Positions 28,197-43,400 of a stretch of DNA of 64,000 nt are shown here, in pieces. The position numbers and the translations under genes are program-made. Each line of letters opens with the position of its first letter. Position 1 is the first letter of the stretch. The notes under the pieces were generated by a model, which was given only the letters and a program-made list of their open reading frames with translations, was not told the DNA's origin and ran no database searches. Location: the IMG/VR virus record IMGVR_UViG_3300008110_000249. The stretch is one strand, 5' to 3'. Source of the stretch: an uncultured virus (IMG/VR IMGVR_UViG_3300008110_000249). Taxonomy: Duplodnaviria; Heunggongvirae; Uroviricota; Caudoviricetes.

Positions 28197-31100
28197 ATGG
28201 CGACAAGTTCACGACAATCAGCATTATTTGGAGTAAACGATTGGCAGGCTATATACCAAACGTTTAGAGAAGCCGATTTTAGAAGTTATGATTATGAGAC
28301 TTTACGTAAAAGTTTCATAGATTACTTACGATCTTACTATCCTGAAACATATAATGATTATATAGAATCCAGCGAATTTATTGCTTTGTTGGATGTTATA
28401 GCATTCATGGGGCAAGGTTTGGCTTTTAGAAACGACCTCAATGCTAGAGAAAACTTTATCGATACACAAAATATTACAGATTTGAATGGTATCAATTTAA
28501 GTAATCTTCCTATATTATGGAATGATCCTGCAAATCCAAATTGGCAAGAACAATTTAATACTATTATTAATGCTGCATTAATTGACGCACAAAAAATAGG
28601 AAGACCTGCCAATGTCTCAGAAATTTTAGGAGTTACTACTAGTGAATATTCACTCAGGATTCCTTCTAGTGCATTACCTATAATACCATTTAATACCTCA
28701 GTTGACAATATTAATATGGGATTTGAATTGGTTAGTGTTAGTAGTGTCGATTCAGATAGCATTTACGAATTACCACCTGCACCAAGTGGAAGATTCAATA
28801 TATTATATAGAAATGATAAATTAGGTTTTGGAAGTCCAAATACAGGATTCTTTTTATATTTCAAACAAGGTTCATTGCAAAATGTTGATTTTACATTAGA
28901 ACAACAGATATCTAATCAGGTTATTAATATAGATATAGAGGGGGTGAACAATGAAGATACATGGTTGTATCAATTAAATCAGAATAATGGTCTTAGAACT
29001 TTATGGACTAAAGTAGAAAATATATATGCAAATGCATATCTACAAACAGAAACATCTAATAAAACTATATTCTCTGTAAACTCTAGATTTAATGATCAAG
29101 TTAGTTACATTTTTGGCGATGGAGTATTCAGTCAAATACCAGTAGGTACCTTTAGAGCATATGTAAGAGCCGGCAATGCACTTACATATACTATTGATCC
29201 TTCTGAAATGCAAGGTGTTAATGTTGTCTTTACTTATCTCAATAGACTAGGTAAAACTGAAACATTAACATTAGGTTTAAGTTTACAATTACCTGTATCT
29301 AATGCTCAATCTAGAGAGCCTTTAGCACAAATAAAACAGCGAGCACCCACTAGATATTATACTCAAAATAGAATGGTTAACGGTGAAGATTATAATAATT
29401 TTCCATATACATTGTACAGTTCTATAATAAAATCTAAAGCAATCAATAGATCAAGTATAGGTGTTAGTAAAAATTTAGATATACTTGATCCTACTGGAAA
29501 GTATTCTAGTTTAGATAGCCTAGCAACAGATGGAGCATTATGGCAAAACACCGATAACGGGTATTTGGCATTAACCATCAATACGATCGGAAATATAATA
29601 ACATTTTTGACAGATACTGTGGGTAGTGCATTATCTAGTACTAGAGTAGTTCAATATTATACACAAAATTTCTCTTCGTATAATATAAACTCTGCATCAG
29701 GAGATGGAACTGTGTACTGGAGAACCAGTACTGTAGATACAAATTCAATAACTGGATACTTCTATAATATTATAGATAATACCGAGTACCCCATCCCAAT
29801 TGGTTCGTATTCTTCTTTGAATGCCAAATATATAACTAATGGGTCTCTTATAAAAATAATCGCCCCGGTCGGTTATTATTTTGATGAAAATAATAGACTA
29901 GTGGCAGGAATACCCGGACCTAGTAATCAAACATATATATGGACTACTGCATTATCTATAATAGGCGATGGCTATAATAATGGTGAAGGTAACTTTACTA
30001 ACGGAACAGGCCCGGTAACTCTAAATGGCTATGTACCAAATGGATGTATCATCACTACTGTATTACCTAGTTTTGATAATTCATTGTCAAATGAAATTGT
30101 GCAAGAATGTATAATCAGAATGGAATTGCAGCAAGACTTTAGTCTAGTGTTTAACAATTCATTGTCTATTTTACAAGATAGATGGAGTATTCAATCATTT
30201 GATGATAATAATTGGTTTATAAAATTTGAGAGTTTATCAAATAGTAGATATACTATAACCTATAGGTCATTACGTTACTATTTTGGTAGTGTAAAAGATA
30301 CTAGGTTTAGTTTTGATAGAAATCAATTAGTATACGACCCACTTAGTGGGAAAATATTACAGGATTTTGTTAAGATTTTATCTACCAATACACAGCCCAA
30401 TAGCAATTATCCTTTATCTAAAAATATTACAGTAAATGTAGTAGGGCAAACTGTTGAAAGTGATGGATATATAAATGATTTTGAAATAGAAGTGGCTAGT
30501 AATGACATCAATAATAGAGGATTAACGGTAAATCCAAATTTCTTTTCAGAAGTTACTGGATACAACATCACAGGGTCTAATACAGGTATATATGTATTTT
30601 TTGAAATAGTAGAAGATGCAATAAGTTTGTCAAGGGCACAAATTGTACCTTCAGCGGATATTACTCAGTATCAAACTAAAACAGACATTGAAGTAGTGAA
30701 ATATGATTATCCATTAGGAAGATTATTTTATGCATACGGCGACAATAAATTTTACAAAACAGTACAAGATCAAACAGTAAATACGCCCTTTTATGTACTA
30801 GTAGAACAACCACAATATTATATTAGATCAGGAAGACAAGGATTACAGTATCAATATAGACATAATAGTGGCAATACTACCAGAATCGATCCTGCTACAA
30901 CTAATATTATTGATTTGTATGTAGTCACTCAAAGTTATTATACTGCATATCAAAATTATATTCAAGACAGTACTAATACTATACCTATGCCAAGTAGACC
31001 CACAATTAATGAATTAACCGATTCATACAGTAAACTAAATAATTATAAGATGTTAAGTGATAGCGTTGTATTAAACAGTGTAATATTCAAACCTTTGTTT

Positions 31101-31457
31101 GGACCCAAAGCAAGTCCCAACCTTAGAGCAACTATAAAAGTAATTAAAAATGCTAATACTAAAGCAAGCGATAGTGAAATCAGAACATCAGTGTTAACTA
31201 CCATGAATAATTATTTTAATATTAATAATTGGAGTTTTGGAGACACTTTCTATTTTTCAGAACTAAGTGCTTTTTTACATGAGCAATTGGGTGAATTAAT
31301 AAGTTCAGTAGTATTAGTTCCAAACGATCCTACTATGAGATTTGGAGACTTGTATGAAATAAAATCTGCTCCCTATGAAATTTTTGCCAATGCAGCAACG
31401 GCTAATGATATATTAGTGATAGCAGCACTAACTCCAACTGAATTACAAATTGCATAA
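28197..31457 (+). CDS. gp6: Baseplate wedge subunit gp6-like (with an apparent in-frame internal deletion near 28466)
   Basis: SYDYETLR, ENFIDT, FGDGVF..IP and TQNRMVNGEDY motifs. Confidence 0.85.
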   Translation: MATSSRQSALFGVNDWQAIYQTFREADFRSYDYETLRKSFIDYLRSYYPETYNDYIESSEFIALLDVIAFMGQGLAFRNDLNARENFIDTQNITDLNGINLSNLPILWNDPANPNWQEQFNTIINAALIDAQKIGRPANVSEILGVTTSEYSLRIPSSALPIIPFNTSVDNINMGFELVSVSSVDSDSIYELPPAPSGRFNILYRNDKLGFGSPNTGFFLYFKQGSLQNVDFTLEQQISNQVINIDIEGVNNEDTWLYQLNQNNGLRTLWTKVENIYANAYLQTETSNKTIFSVNSRFNDQVSYIFGDGVFSQIPVGTFRAYVRAGNALTYTIDPSEMQGVNVVFTYLNRLGKTETLTLGLSLQLPVSNAQSREPLAQIKQRAPTRYYTQNRMVNGEDYNNFPYTLYSSIIKSKAINRSSIGVSKNLDILDPTGKYSSLDSLATDGALWQNTDNGYLALTINTIGNIITFLTDTVGSALSSTRVVQYYTQNFSSYNINSASGDGTVYWRTSTVDTNSITGYFYNIIDNTEYPIPIGSYSSLNAKYITNGSLIKIIAPVGYYFDENNRLVAGIPGPSNQTYIWTTALSIIGDGYNNGEGNFTNGTGPVTLNGYVPNGCIITTVLPSFDNSLSNEIVQECIIRMELQQDFSLVFNNSLSILQDRWSIQSFDDNNWFIKFESLSNSRYTITYRSLRYYFGSVKDTRFSFDRNQLVYDPLSGKILQDFVKILSTNTQPNSNYPLSKNITVNVVGQTVESDGYINDFEIEVASNDINNRGLTVNPNFFSEVTGYNITGSNTGIYVFFEIVEDAISLSRAQIVPSADITQYQTKTDIEVVKYDYPLGRLFYAYGDNKFYKTVQDQTVNTPFYVLVEQPQYYIRSGRQGLQYQYRHNSGNTTRIDPATTNIIDLYVVTQSYYTAYQNYIQDSTNTIPMPSRPTINELTDSYSKLNNYKMLSDSVVLNSVIFKPLFGPKASPNLRATIKVIKNANTKASDSEIRTSVLTTMNNYFNINNWSFGDTFYFSELSAFLHEQLGELISSVVLVPNDPTMRFGDLYEIKSAPYEIFANAATANDILVIAALTPTELQIA

Positions 31458-31467
31458 GTGAGATAAT

Positions 31468-34400
31468 ATGTCCGCAAGAATAAGAACTTTAGATTTTTTA
31501 CCAGAAGTATTCAAAACAAAAACTAACGCTCAATTTTTGGCTGCTACGTTAGATCAAGTGGTAGCGCAACCTGAAATAAAGAAAATTCAAGGTTATATAG
31601 GTAGCAAAGTTGGTTATGGAATAAATGCTAAGGATTATTATGTCACTGAGCCTACTAAAACTAGGACAGAATATCAATTAGACCCAAGTATAATATTTAA
31701 AAAATCAAATGAAAATACCGCAAAAGATTTCATTACATATCCTGGCGTATTGGATGCACTGAAATTAGAAGGTGGTATCGTTGAGAATAATAATAGGTTA
31801 TTTAATAGTCAATTTTATTCATGGGATAGTTTCACTAATTTAGATAAGGTAATAAACTATAATCAATATTATTGGCTTCCAGAAGGTCCGGCTAGTGTAG
31901 TGGTCACTAACGATATCGTTTATTATTCCAATGATTATACTATAACTGACAATCCCACTACATATACTGTCACTTCAGTAGATGAATCTGTAGGGTCGGT
32001 CAATCCTACTTTAACTTTCCTTCGTGGCGGAACATATACTTTTCACGTAAATCAATCTACTGCATTTTGGATACAAGGGGAACCTGGTACAACTGGATTT
32101 AGCGTTGCACAACCCAATATGCAGACTAGAGACATTCTAGGAGTAACTAACAATGGAATTGACCAAGGGATAGTAACATTCACTGTTCCGCAAAAAGATG
32201 CTCAGTCAGAATATGATTTTCCAGGAAATAATTTAGTTGACGTTATTAGCAATATACCATTTAATCAATTAAATGGTTCTAGAGTCTCTGATTTAATTAA
32301 TGGAGTAGACAACGTAACTCTATTGAATGGGCTTACTGTAATGTTTTATAATACAGGTGTGCCTTCAGAAATAGGATATATATCTAACTTTTTTGATTAC
32401 ACTTCATATGATTATAATAACGATATAACAAATCTTTTAACAGTTTCAATTACTGACACCAATGCAGTAACCAATGAAATTACGTGTAATAGTACTGCAA
32501 ACTTATCAGTAAATAATACAATTATTTTTACAGGTGCTCCTGTTGGAAACTTAACCATATATTCAGGTGGATCCCCATACACTATATTTTACATCAAAGA
32601 AATAACAGGACCTACAACATTTATTATATCATCTGAATTAGATTTTTATAATCCTGTTGTTTCTTCAGAAATTGAATCAGGAAGACAATACAAAATTGTT
32701 TCTTTGGGGACAACTGATTTTACTTTAATAGGTGCTGCTAGCAATACAGTAGGTTTAATTTTTACTGCAACTGGCTCAGGCATTGGCACTGGCACTGCTA
32801 CATTAGATAGCACATATCAGTTAATAACTGATACTGGTTTGACAACCGGCGTCATAAATCAAGGTGAATACGAACAAGGATACTATACTAATGTAAACGA
32901 TTACTTTTATAAAATAACATACGTCGGTGATCCTTCTGATCCAGTTATACGATTGACTGAACATTCTACCATACCAACAAGTCAAAAAATAACAGCGGTA
33001 TATGGTTTAGAGTACATTTCAAGAAGTTTTTATAGAAACAGTTTAGGTTATATTAATATAATACCTTATTTAAGTGCTCAACTAGACACATTATATTATC
33101 AAGATGGATCTAGTGCATCTAAGGTTGGTAAAATAAGACTAATAGAAAACAATCTAACCAATTCACTAGATGTTGATTTAGATATATTAGGTAAAGATCA
33201 GTTTACTTCTACCAATGGGGTTGTATTTACTAATGGCCTTAAAGTCAATTTTCAAGGTGATGTTGTACCTAGTAGTTATCTAAATGGAGAATACTATGTA
33301 GAAGGGGTAGGAACAGCAATAGAATTGATTCCTACTACTGATTTTGTTACTCCAGAAAAATATACATCTACTAGTTATGTAGCATGGGATACTATGCCAT
33401 GGGACAGTACAGCATGGGAAGGTAATTCATATATACCTACAATTCCTGAGTACATTACTATTGCTAGAAATTCAATTGATAAAAATGCATGGTCTAGAGG
33501 AAATAGATGGTTCCATATTGATGTTATTAATGCGACTGCACTATATAACAATAATCCTCAACTAGTCACCGTATACACTGGTTTAGATAATAAAGCAAAA
33601 AGACCTATTATTGAATTTTATCCAAATTTAAAATTGTTCGATAATGGAGTGCAAGGTAAATCATCAGTAGATTTTGTTGATATACGGACTACTGATGCAT
33701 TTACTTACGTATCCGGTCAGCAAAATTATTATCCAGATATAGAGGTATATTCTGAATATACCGGAACTATTTCTAGTGTTAATTACATTGCATATAGACA
33801 AATAATATCAGGAAATAATACTACTGGTATATTTGACACGGATACCGGGTATGACACGACTGGATTTAGACTTAATGATCTAATAGTTTTTGATGATATA
33901 ACTCCCACATCCGGCATCACAGCAGGTGCACCGTATTATATCTCAGAAATTGTATCTAGTACTGAATTTAAGATATCTTCTTCTAAAAACGGAAATAGTG
34001 TAATCCCTAATATTTTAATAACAGGTCCTTATGCATTTACATGGTACCCACAGAGTACTACTTTGTCTATCGATGCAGATGCTATCGTGGGAAATCTATC
34101 AGTAGGGCAATACATAACAGATTCTACTAATGTATTACCTAGAAATTCTCAAGTTTTAGAAATCTCAGGAACAAGTACACTTACAGTAACAATAGGGTGG
34201 GATATATTATCTACCTATTTTACGACCCAAACTAATTCATCAATTGTTGCTAGTGACACTACTGTAGATAATTATGCACTATTTGATGGTGCAAGAATAG
34301 TTTTTTCAGCTGACATGAATACTAAAAATAAGATTTATGTGAGCAGAATTTCTAAAGTTTCATCATCATCCCCTGCATTAATCACCTTATACGAAGCAGA

Positions 34401-37400
34401 AGATGGCGATGTATTACCTGACCAACAAGTAGTTGTTTTACGGGGGTATCAAAATGCCGGACTTAATTTATGGTATGATGGAATAGATTGGGTAAATGGT
34501 CAGCAGAAAACAGATGTGAATCAGGCACCTTTATTCGATGTGTTTGACGAAAACAATATAAGTTTTGGTGATAAAACTGTATACTTTGGTACATCCTTTA
34601 TAGGTAATAAGTTATTTTCATATGGATTAGGAACTGGCCTAGATGACAAGATTTTGGGATTCCCTATTAGGTATAGTTCTGTAGATAATATCGGCGACAT
34701 TAGTTTTGATGTGTCTATAAATTCTAGCACTTTTGATTATGTTCAGGGTATTAAACCTATCACACAAAAAGTTAATACAGGGTATGTTTTTGAATATAAA
34801 AACAGAACAGAATATATCAGACAATTAGGGTGGCAAACAGCAGTTTCTCCCTCTATACAATATCAAATATTTTCTTTTAACTATGACCCGTTGATTCCAA
34901 ATGTTACATTTGTATGTGATATATCTAAACTTAGTAGTACAGAAACTAATTGGCCTACCATAAAAGTATTCAATAATAATCAAATATTATCGACTACTGA
35001 GTATACTGTAACAGTAGGACCAACTACGACGGAAGTTACATTATCGAATACACCTCTAACAGAAACAGTTATACAAATTTTTATTTTAAGTAATCAAGTA
35101 AGTAATACAGGATATTATGAAATACCTATTAACTTAAATAACAATCCGTTAAATGATGACTTAACTATAGTAGATATAGGGGATATTAGAGGACAATATC
35201 AAAGTATGTTTTTTAATAATCCAAACTCCACCGGAAATGTATTTGGATCCAATAATTTCAGAGATTTAGGTAACATGGTACCATGGGGTGATAAGATCAT
35301 TCAAAATAGCGCGTCGTTTCCGTTGATGGGCGCCTTTTTGAGAGAACCAAAATTTAATATTTTCAATGCATTGCAATTCAATAGTAAAGAGTATATTAAA
35401 TTTAAGAATTTATTAACCTTCACTGTACAAAACACTGATTATGAACGTAGATATTCAGCAAGTGAAATGCTAGATGATGCATTAGATCAGATTACTTCTA
35501 CTAAAACAGAAAACCAATCATTCTTTTGGTCAGATATGCTACCTAGCAAATCTCCTTATAGTGTAAATTCCTACAGTTTTGCCAACAGTTTAGCAGTATC
35601 AATATACCCATTAACACGTGTGTATGATTTTACTAGTGCTAATTATTATGGAGTTTTAGTTTATTTGACTAGAACTACTAATAATATAACTACGGTTACT
35701 CAACTTATAAAGAATGTAGATTATAATATAAGCGCAGACTCGCCGTCATTGACAGTAACTATATCATTATTACCAAATGATATAATAACTATTAAAGAAT
35801 ATAATCAAACATATGGTTCATATGTGCCCAATACTCCTTCAAAATTGGGTTTATATCCTTCATATGAACCTGAAGTAATATTAGATATCAATTACAATAC
35901 TCCTACATATTTTATTAGAGGCCATGATGGATCATATAACAAATTGTACGGTGAGTATAATTCATTAACTCAACAATTAGAAGATTTTAGAGATCAAGTA
36001 TTACTAGAATTTGAACTCAGGATATTTAATAACTTAAAAATTTCTGCCGAGATTCCTATATCAGAATATGAATTAATTCCGGGGTATTTTAGACAGACTG
36101 AATATTCTTCAGAGGAATGGATTAATATATATTCACCACAATTTTTAAATTGGATAGGTCAAAATAGGTTAAATTATAAAACTCAATTTTATAACGTAGC
36201 GAATTCTTTTACATATAATTACAACCAAAGTGGAAATTCAATAGACAAGTCTGTTATTAATCAAGGTTATTGGAGAGGAGTATATCAGTATTACTTTGAC
36301 ACTACTACACCTAACACTACTCCGTGGGAAATGTTAGGATTTACTTCAATCCCTACTTGGTGGACTGATAGATATGGACCTGCACCATATACTAGTGATA
36401 ACTTAGTGTTATGGTCGGATTTACAAGACGGATTAATTTGGAATAACGGAGATGCCTACGTAGATCCGTTATTTGCAAGACCTGGATTATTAGATATAAT
36501 ACCAGTGGATGACGGCGGTAATTTATTGTCTCCTATAGATTCCGTAGTTGGAAACTATAATTCAAAATTATTTCAAAAAGACTGGAAAGTAGGAGATAAT
36601 AGTCCAGTAGAATTTAGTTATAGAAGAAGTAGTACGTTCCCCTTCGATTTAATTAGAATACTTGCACTTACCAAACCTGCTAAGTTTTTTAATCTAGCGT
36701 CAAATTTAGATGATTACAAATATAATGAAGAGTTTAATCAATATCTTGTTAATAATAGAAGTCATTTAAAACTATCAGATATATCAATTTACGGTAATGG
36801 TGTTCCGTCAACTAGTTTTATTAACTGGGTAGTTGACTATCAAAAACAAGTAGGCATCGATGCTACAGTACAACTTACTGAATATTTAAATAATATCGAT
36901 GTAAGATTAGTTTACAGACTTGCAGGGTTCAGCGATAAGACTCGTTTAAAATTTTACGTAGAGAAAGGTTCACCTAATAGTAACAATGCCAGTTTGTTAA
37001 TACCTGACGAAAGTTTTGGTGTATTATTATATGACAATCAACCTTTTAATAGAATAATATATTCTGGATTAGTTGTTCAAAAAGCAGAAAAAGGATTTAC
37101 AGTATACGGCAACTCACAAAATTTTGCGTATTTTAAAACATTGAAGCCAAAGTTTTCAGGTAATTATGAAAACATTACAATTGAAAAGGCATCTGTAAAA
37201 ATAACTAATGAGCATTTTGCAATAGAGCAAAACATCCCGTATAATACAACTTTTTACACTATTCAAGAAGTAGCGCAATTTATATCTGATTACGGTGCAT
37301 ATTTAGAATATCTAGGCATGGAATTTTTATCTCAAGAGCAAGATGTTACTATTAATTGGGATCAAATGATTGCAGAATTCTTATATTGGAGTCAACAAGG

Positions 37401-40400
37401 TTGGACAGTAGGAAGTCTGATCACTCTTAATCCGGCTGCAAAAAATCTCACAATTAATAAAGATAGCAATATAGTCCAACCTCTTACTATACAACAACAA
37501 AATTTTGTTTTAAATCAAAACTTATATCCTATACAAATTAAAGATTTGTGTATTGATAGACAAGATACTAGATTTAATATAGAAGCATTAAATCAAGGTG
37601 ATGTAATTTCTTATGGTCAATTTAATTTAAGTAATTTTGAACACGGAATAGTATTTGATAATGTAACTTTATTCGGTGATGTAATATATAATTTAGTTAC
37701 AGGATTGAGACAGAATCGTATTTTACTAAAGGGAGTTAAAAGTGCAAGTTGGAACGGAACCATAAACGCAGCCGGGTTTATCTATAATCAAAATAATATA
37801 GAAGAATGGAATGGTAATCGTACATATACCAAAGGTGAAATAGTATTATATAAAAATAAGTATTGGATTTCTGAAAAAATAGTACAACCTAACTCAATTT
37901 TTAATGAGAATGAATGGAAAATAACAGATTATGATGAAATTCAAAAAGGATTATTACCTAATTCAAGCACTAGCAGTTATGAAAGCACTCTTTATTATGA
38001 TGTGAATCAAGCAAACTTGGAACTTGACGCAGATCTTTTATCATTTAGTTTGATAGGATATCGTCCCAGAGATTACATGGCATTAGCAGACTTGTCAGAT
38101 ATAACACAGGTTAATGTCTATAAAAATATCATAAAAGATAAAGGAACATTAAACTCTACTAGTGCTTTTAAAGGAGCACAACTTCCGCAAGGTGGTATTA
38201 ATTATGATGTTTTTGAAAATTGGTCAATAAAATCAGGTGAATTTGGCGGGGTCCTCAATGATAATTTTGTAGAGTTTAAAGTAAATCAAAAGTACATGAC
38301 AGGTAATCCTTCAATCGTAGGACTTACCGACGGAGTACATTATGTAGGCGTACAACAAGAAGTACCATTATATTCATTGTTTAATTACGGTAGACCAATA
38401 TCTACACCAAACATTTTACCTACTATTCCCAATGAGCAGCCATCTGTACTATTCCCTACTGCAGGATATGTAAATTACAATGACGTAAAAATGTCTGCTT
38501 TTTATTATGCACAACTGTCTACTGCAATTAATAAAAACGGAACTGTTATACCCATTCAACAATTTTATGTTAGAGATTATGCTTGGTTAGCAAATTATTT
38601 AGAAAACTGGGATATCTTTACTCCCAATTCAATTGGGCAAGTGATATCTATCATTAATAATTTAAATGATAGTTTAACTATTATTTTCAATAAGCCACAT
38701 ACTCTTTCAGAATTTGAACCTTTTGCTATAGTAAATTTTGATCCAGTTATTGATGATTACTACCTAGTTGCAGTAGTGATAGATCAATACAGAGTGCTGG
38801 TTACAAAAGCTTTAGATCCCTCTATCAAAACAATAACCGGTCAAGGAATTGGTTTAAGATTTCAATCACAAAGAGTATCTACTGTGTCTGACATAGAAAC
38901 TCTGCCTTTATTAGATGCTGAATTTAGAAAAAATACAGTATGGGTAGACACAGCATCTTCAGGTAGTTGGGCGGTTTATAGAAAAGATATAAATTATAAA
39001 TTACAAAATCAAATTGTAAAAAACACTACACAGTCTTTAGGTAGCGCAGTTGCAGTGGGAGAACAATTAGGTTATTTAATAGGTGATGCCGATGATGGTA
39101 AAGTATACAGGTACACATACAATAGTTTAGCAAAAGAATACCAACTAGTACAAATAATAAGTGGTAATGTGGGTTTTGGTAGTACGATTGCATACTCAGG
39201 TAATATATATGCAATAGCCCAACCAACTGGAGTTGGTAGGACTGTAAAACTATATCAACTACAAAATACACCAGTATCTGATGATTTCATTTTAGTGCAA
39301 ACTATAAGTTTTCCAACCGGTGCTACTACTTGGGGAACATCTATAGCAATATCAGGTGATCAAAATTGGATATATATATCAGATATTGATAACAATATAA
39401 TACATGTTTACCTGAGATCAACTGTCATAACCTCTGCAGGATATTTAACTATAGGTGATACTTATATTATCACTGAAGTAGGAACTACTGATTTTACTTC
39501 AATCGGTTCTACTTCTAATGTAGTAGGAACTATTTTCATTGCTACTGGAATAGGATCAGGCACCGGAGTGTGTATTAACTATACCTATAGAAATGTAACA
39601 TCAATTGATGGTGATGCATTAGGCTTAACTACAGCAGGTGATAATTTCGGTTACTCATTGTCTACAGATTATGACGGAGATTGTATAGTAATTGGTGCAC
39701 CAAACAAAGATATTAACGGAATATCAAATTGGGGATCTGCTTATATATTCAGTCGCATAGAGCAAAATATAGAAGTACAAAATAGTATTGTACCTGCAAC
39801 ATATCCTCTAATTTGGACTCCTACTAGTTTATCCGGTGCGGTGACCGATACTAACTCAGTGGGAAATGTAATTACTATTACTGTTGCACTAGATGCAGTA
39901 GAAGATATAAATAAACCCATAATGTTTTCGGGCTCAGGCTTTACTGGAACTGACATAATCACGAACAACATTTACTATGTTTCTAGCATATCGGGATATG
40001 ATATTACTATTAAAGAAACTAGGGAAAGTATCGTAGATGTTTCAATTATTACTGCTAGTGGTATATCAAACGCCAATGCTTATATACAAACTGAGCAATT
40101 GAACGTATTTAAAAACGGTACACTGGTTCAAGATAATAATTACGCGGCGGTTAGTAATACGTTAGTATATTTAGGTAGTGTTATACCCGGCGACATTATC
40201 ACTGTAAGCGGATATGAAATTGTAAGAACTCAAACATTAACTACCGCTGAATCTCCGCAGATAGGGGCACAGTTTGGATTAAGTTTAGATACAAATACAC
40301 ATGCTAGCGAGATATTAGTAGGGGCCCCATTTCAGCTGAATTCTCAAGTACAAGAAGGAGTAGTTTATAGATTTACTAATGTTGGTGCAAAATTTGGTAC

Positions 40401-43400
40401 AATAACCGGAACTACCGATTGTACCATAACTACAACTAGAAAAATTTTAATAAATGGGTATCTAGTTACACTTGACTCTGGTAATGCAGAATCCGTAGCG
40501 ACAACTATCAGAAATGCAAATATAACAAACATAACCGCATCAAGTGATGCAGGAAAACTAACAATATCATTAATTAATAATGATCTTGCTCCAATAAATC
40601 AAAAACTATTTTTAAATTTTGATTCTATCACTACAATACAAGAATTAGGATTGACTTTATATGTAAACACCCAAGATATTATGTGCCCACATAAGTATGG
40701 ACCAACACAATTTGGTACAGTAGTTAAATTTAATCAATATGATAGTTTTGTTGCAAGTGCTCCTGTAGGTACTAGATATTCTGCTACTACTTTTGATTTT
40801 ATAGATGATGAAAATCAAGATAATGATACTATATTTGACAACAATGCTACATGTTGGGTAGATGAATCTGAGAATTTTGGTGCAGTTTATATGTTTGATT
40901 ATTTGGCAGAATTTAATGCAAATATAAATAATCCTGGTAAATTCATATATGCACAAAGTGTAAACTCTCCGAATTTAGCATACACACCATTTAACACATA
41001 TGATCAAACTTCAGATATAACAACATCCAATCAGCCTAGATACGGCACAGCATTAGATTTTAATGGATATTCAGTTATAGTGGGTACTCCGAATGACATA
41101 GGATCTACATCGGGAACAAATTATGCAGGATCCGCTACTATATATTTTAATTCGTTGAATGTAAGAGATTGGTCTATATATCGCTATTCAAGTGATGTAG
41201 TGGATATAGACAAAATTTTTAATATACAATTGTTTAATGCAGAGACAAATGTAACTATGGTTTCTTTAGATTATATTGATCCTTTGCAAGGAAAAATATT
41301 AGGTGCTGCTAGAGAAAATATAGATTTTATTTCAAATGTAGATCCGGCGCAATATAATAATTCAGAGAGTTTACCTAAAGGAATTATTTGGACTGAAAAC
41401 AATTTAGGTCAAATTTGGTTAAACACTAAAAATATGAGATATGTAAACTATCATCAAAACAATGATGTTAATTATAATTCTCAATATTGGGGAACTCTAT
41501 TTCCAGGTAGCGATGTTGCAGTTTACAGCTGGATTTCTAGTACCGTGGCACCTAGTCAGTATACTGGTCCAGGCATACCATATGATGTTAATTTGTACTC
41601 TATTCAACTAGTTTTAGATTCTTCAGATGCATTAGTTCCTGTTTATTATTTTTGGGCAAGAAATACTAATATTATTTTTTCGAATAGAAACAAAACACTA
41701 GCTGATTCTGTAATTTCAGATTATATACTTTCTCCTAAGGCGTCTGGAATAAGTTATTTCGCACCATTAATGTCTAGTGTTTATGGACTGTATAATTGTG
41801 ATAGTTATTTTGATGCAAACAATACTGTCTTGCACATTGGTTATAAAACAGGAGACACTAATACTCCCTCTCATTCTGAATTTAATTTAATTAGAGACGG
41901 AAATCCTGATGACTTTTTACCAGGAATACCATTACTAAATAACAGTATTCCCGAGAATCTTTACAGTAAGTTATTAGATAGTTTATCAGGAGTTACTGTC
42001 AGCGGATCCGTAGTACCGAACCCCTATTTACCCAAAGTAGTTCAATCAGGAGTGTTATCTAGACCTAGACAAAGTTTTTTCTACAATAGATTCACTGCAT
42101 TAAAAAATTATTTACAGTACGCTAATAATATACTAAGCAAATACCCTATAACTGAAATAAGACAAGCATCTTTTTTAAATTCTACAGGAGTATTTTTTAA
42201 CACTTCAAGTTATTGGGAATATGTAAATTGGTGGGCTTTTGGTTACAATAATACAACAAAGGCATCTTTACAAGTTCCTATATATGCATCACTCTCTACA
42301 TTAAATGTGCCAATAGGTACTATAGTTAGTGTTTCTGCTAATGACAATGGAAATCAAGAAACATATATTTTCGAAGGTGATGGAATTTGGACTAGGATAG
42401 GATTAACAAACGGAACAATAAATTTCAAATCATCATTGTGGGATTATGAATCCAGTAGATTAGGGTATGGTGACAACTTTTTTGATACTGACTTATATGA
42501 TACTTATCCAAGTGAAGAGACTCGTAATATAATAAGAGCACTAAATGAAGAAATTTATACTAATGAACTATTGATATATAGAAATCAGAGTTTAATATTA
42601 TTATTTAAATATATTCAAAGTGAAACGTCTGAGAATCAAAATTATCTTCCGTGGTTGAATAAAACTTCATTCATTGACGTTTCTCATACCATTAGAGAAC
42701 TTAGACCTATTGAGGTATATCAAGAAGATAATCAAAACTTTCTTTTTGGATATATAAATGAAGTAAAACCATATCATGTATTGATTAAAGAGTTTTTACT
42801 TAAATACACAAAAACTGAAATGTTTAGTGGTAATTTAACAGATTTTGATTTACCAGCAAAGTATAATTCTTCTTTAGGAAAGTTCGTAACTCCTGAAATA
42901 GTATACAGTAATGCTAATGATGACGGTCAGTATTTACCAAATGATCCTATATGGGAAGAACCTGAGTATAGAGAATGGAAACAAAATTATGGATTATCGT
43001 TAACCGGCGAAATAGATGTACTACTTACTACACTAGCATCTTATATTGCACTGAATTCAACAAGTTTTATTGTTGATAATGCACAAGGATTTCCAGTTAC
43101 TGGTATTATAAAAATAGATGACGAATTGATTGCCTACGCCTCAGTTGACCGTGCGTTAAATATTATTTCTGAAATTACAAGGGGGGTAAATCAAACATCA
43201 GTGGCTACCCATATACCAAATACACCTATATATACTGATTTGCCTCCCGTAATTGTATTAGACAGCGGAAGAGCGTACATAGAACCTCCTAAAGTTACGG
43301 CATATATTGATACATCAATGTATCCTATTCCTAGTAGACCGGCTCAATTAGAAGCAGTAATGAGTTCGGATTCTATGATAAGTGTAAATGTAATTGATGC

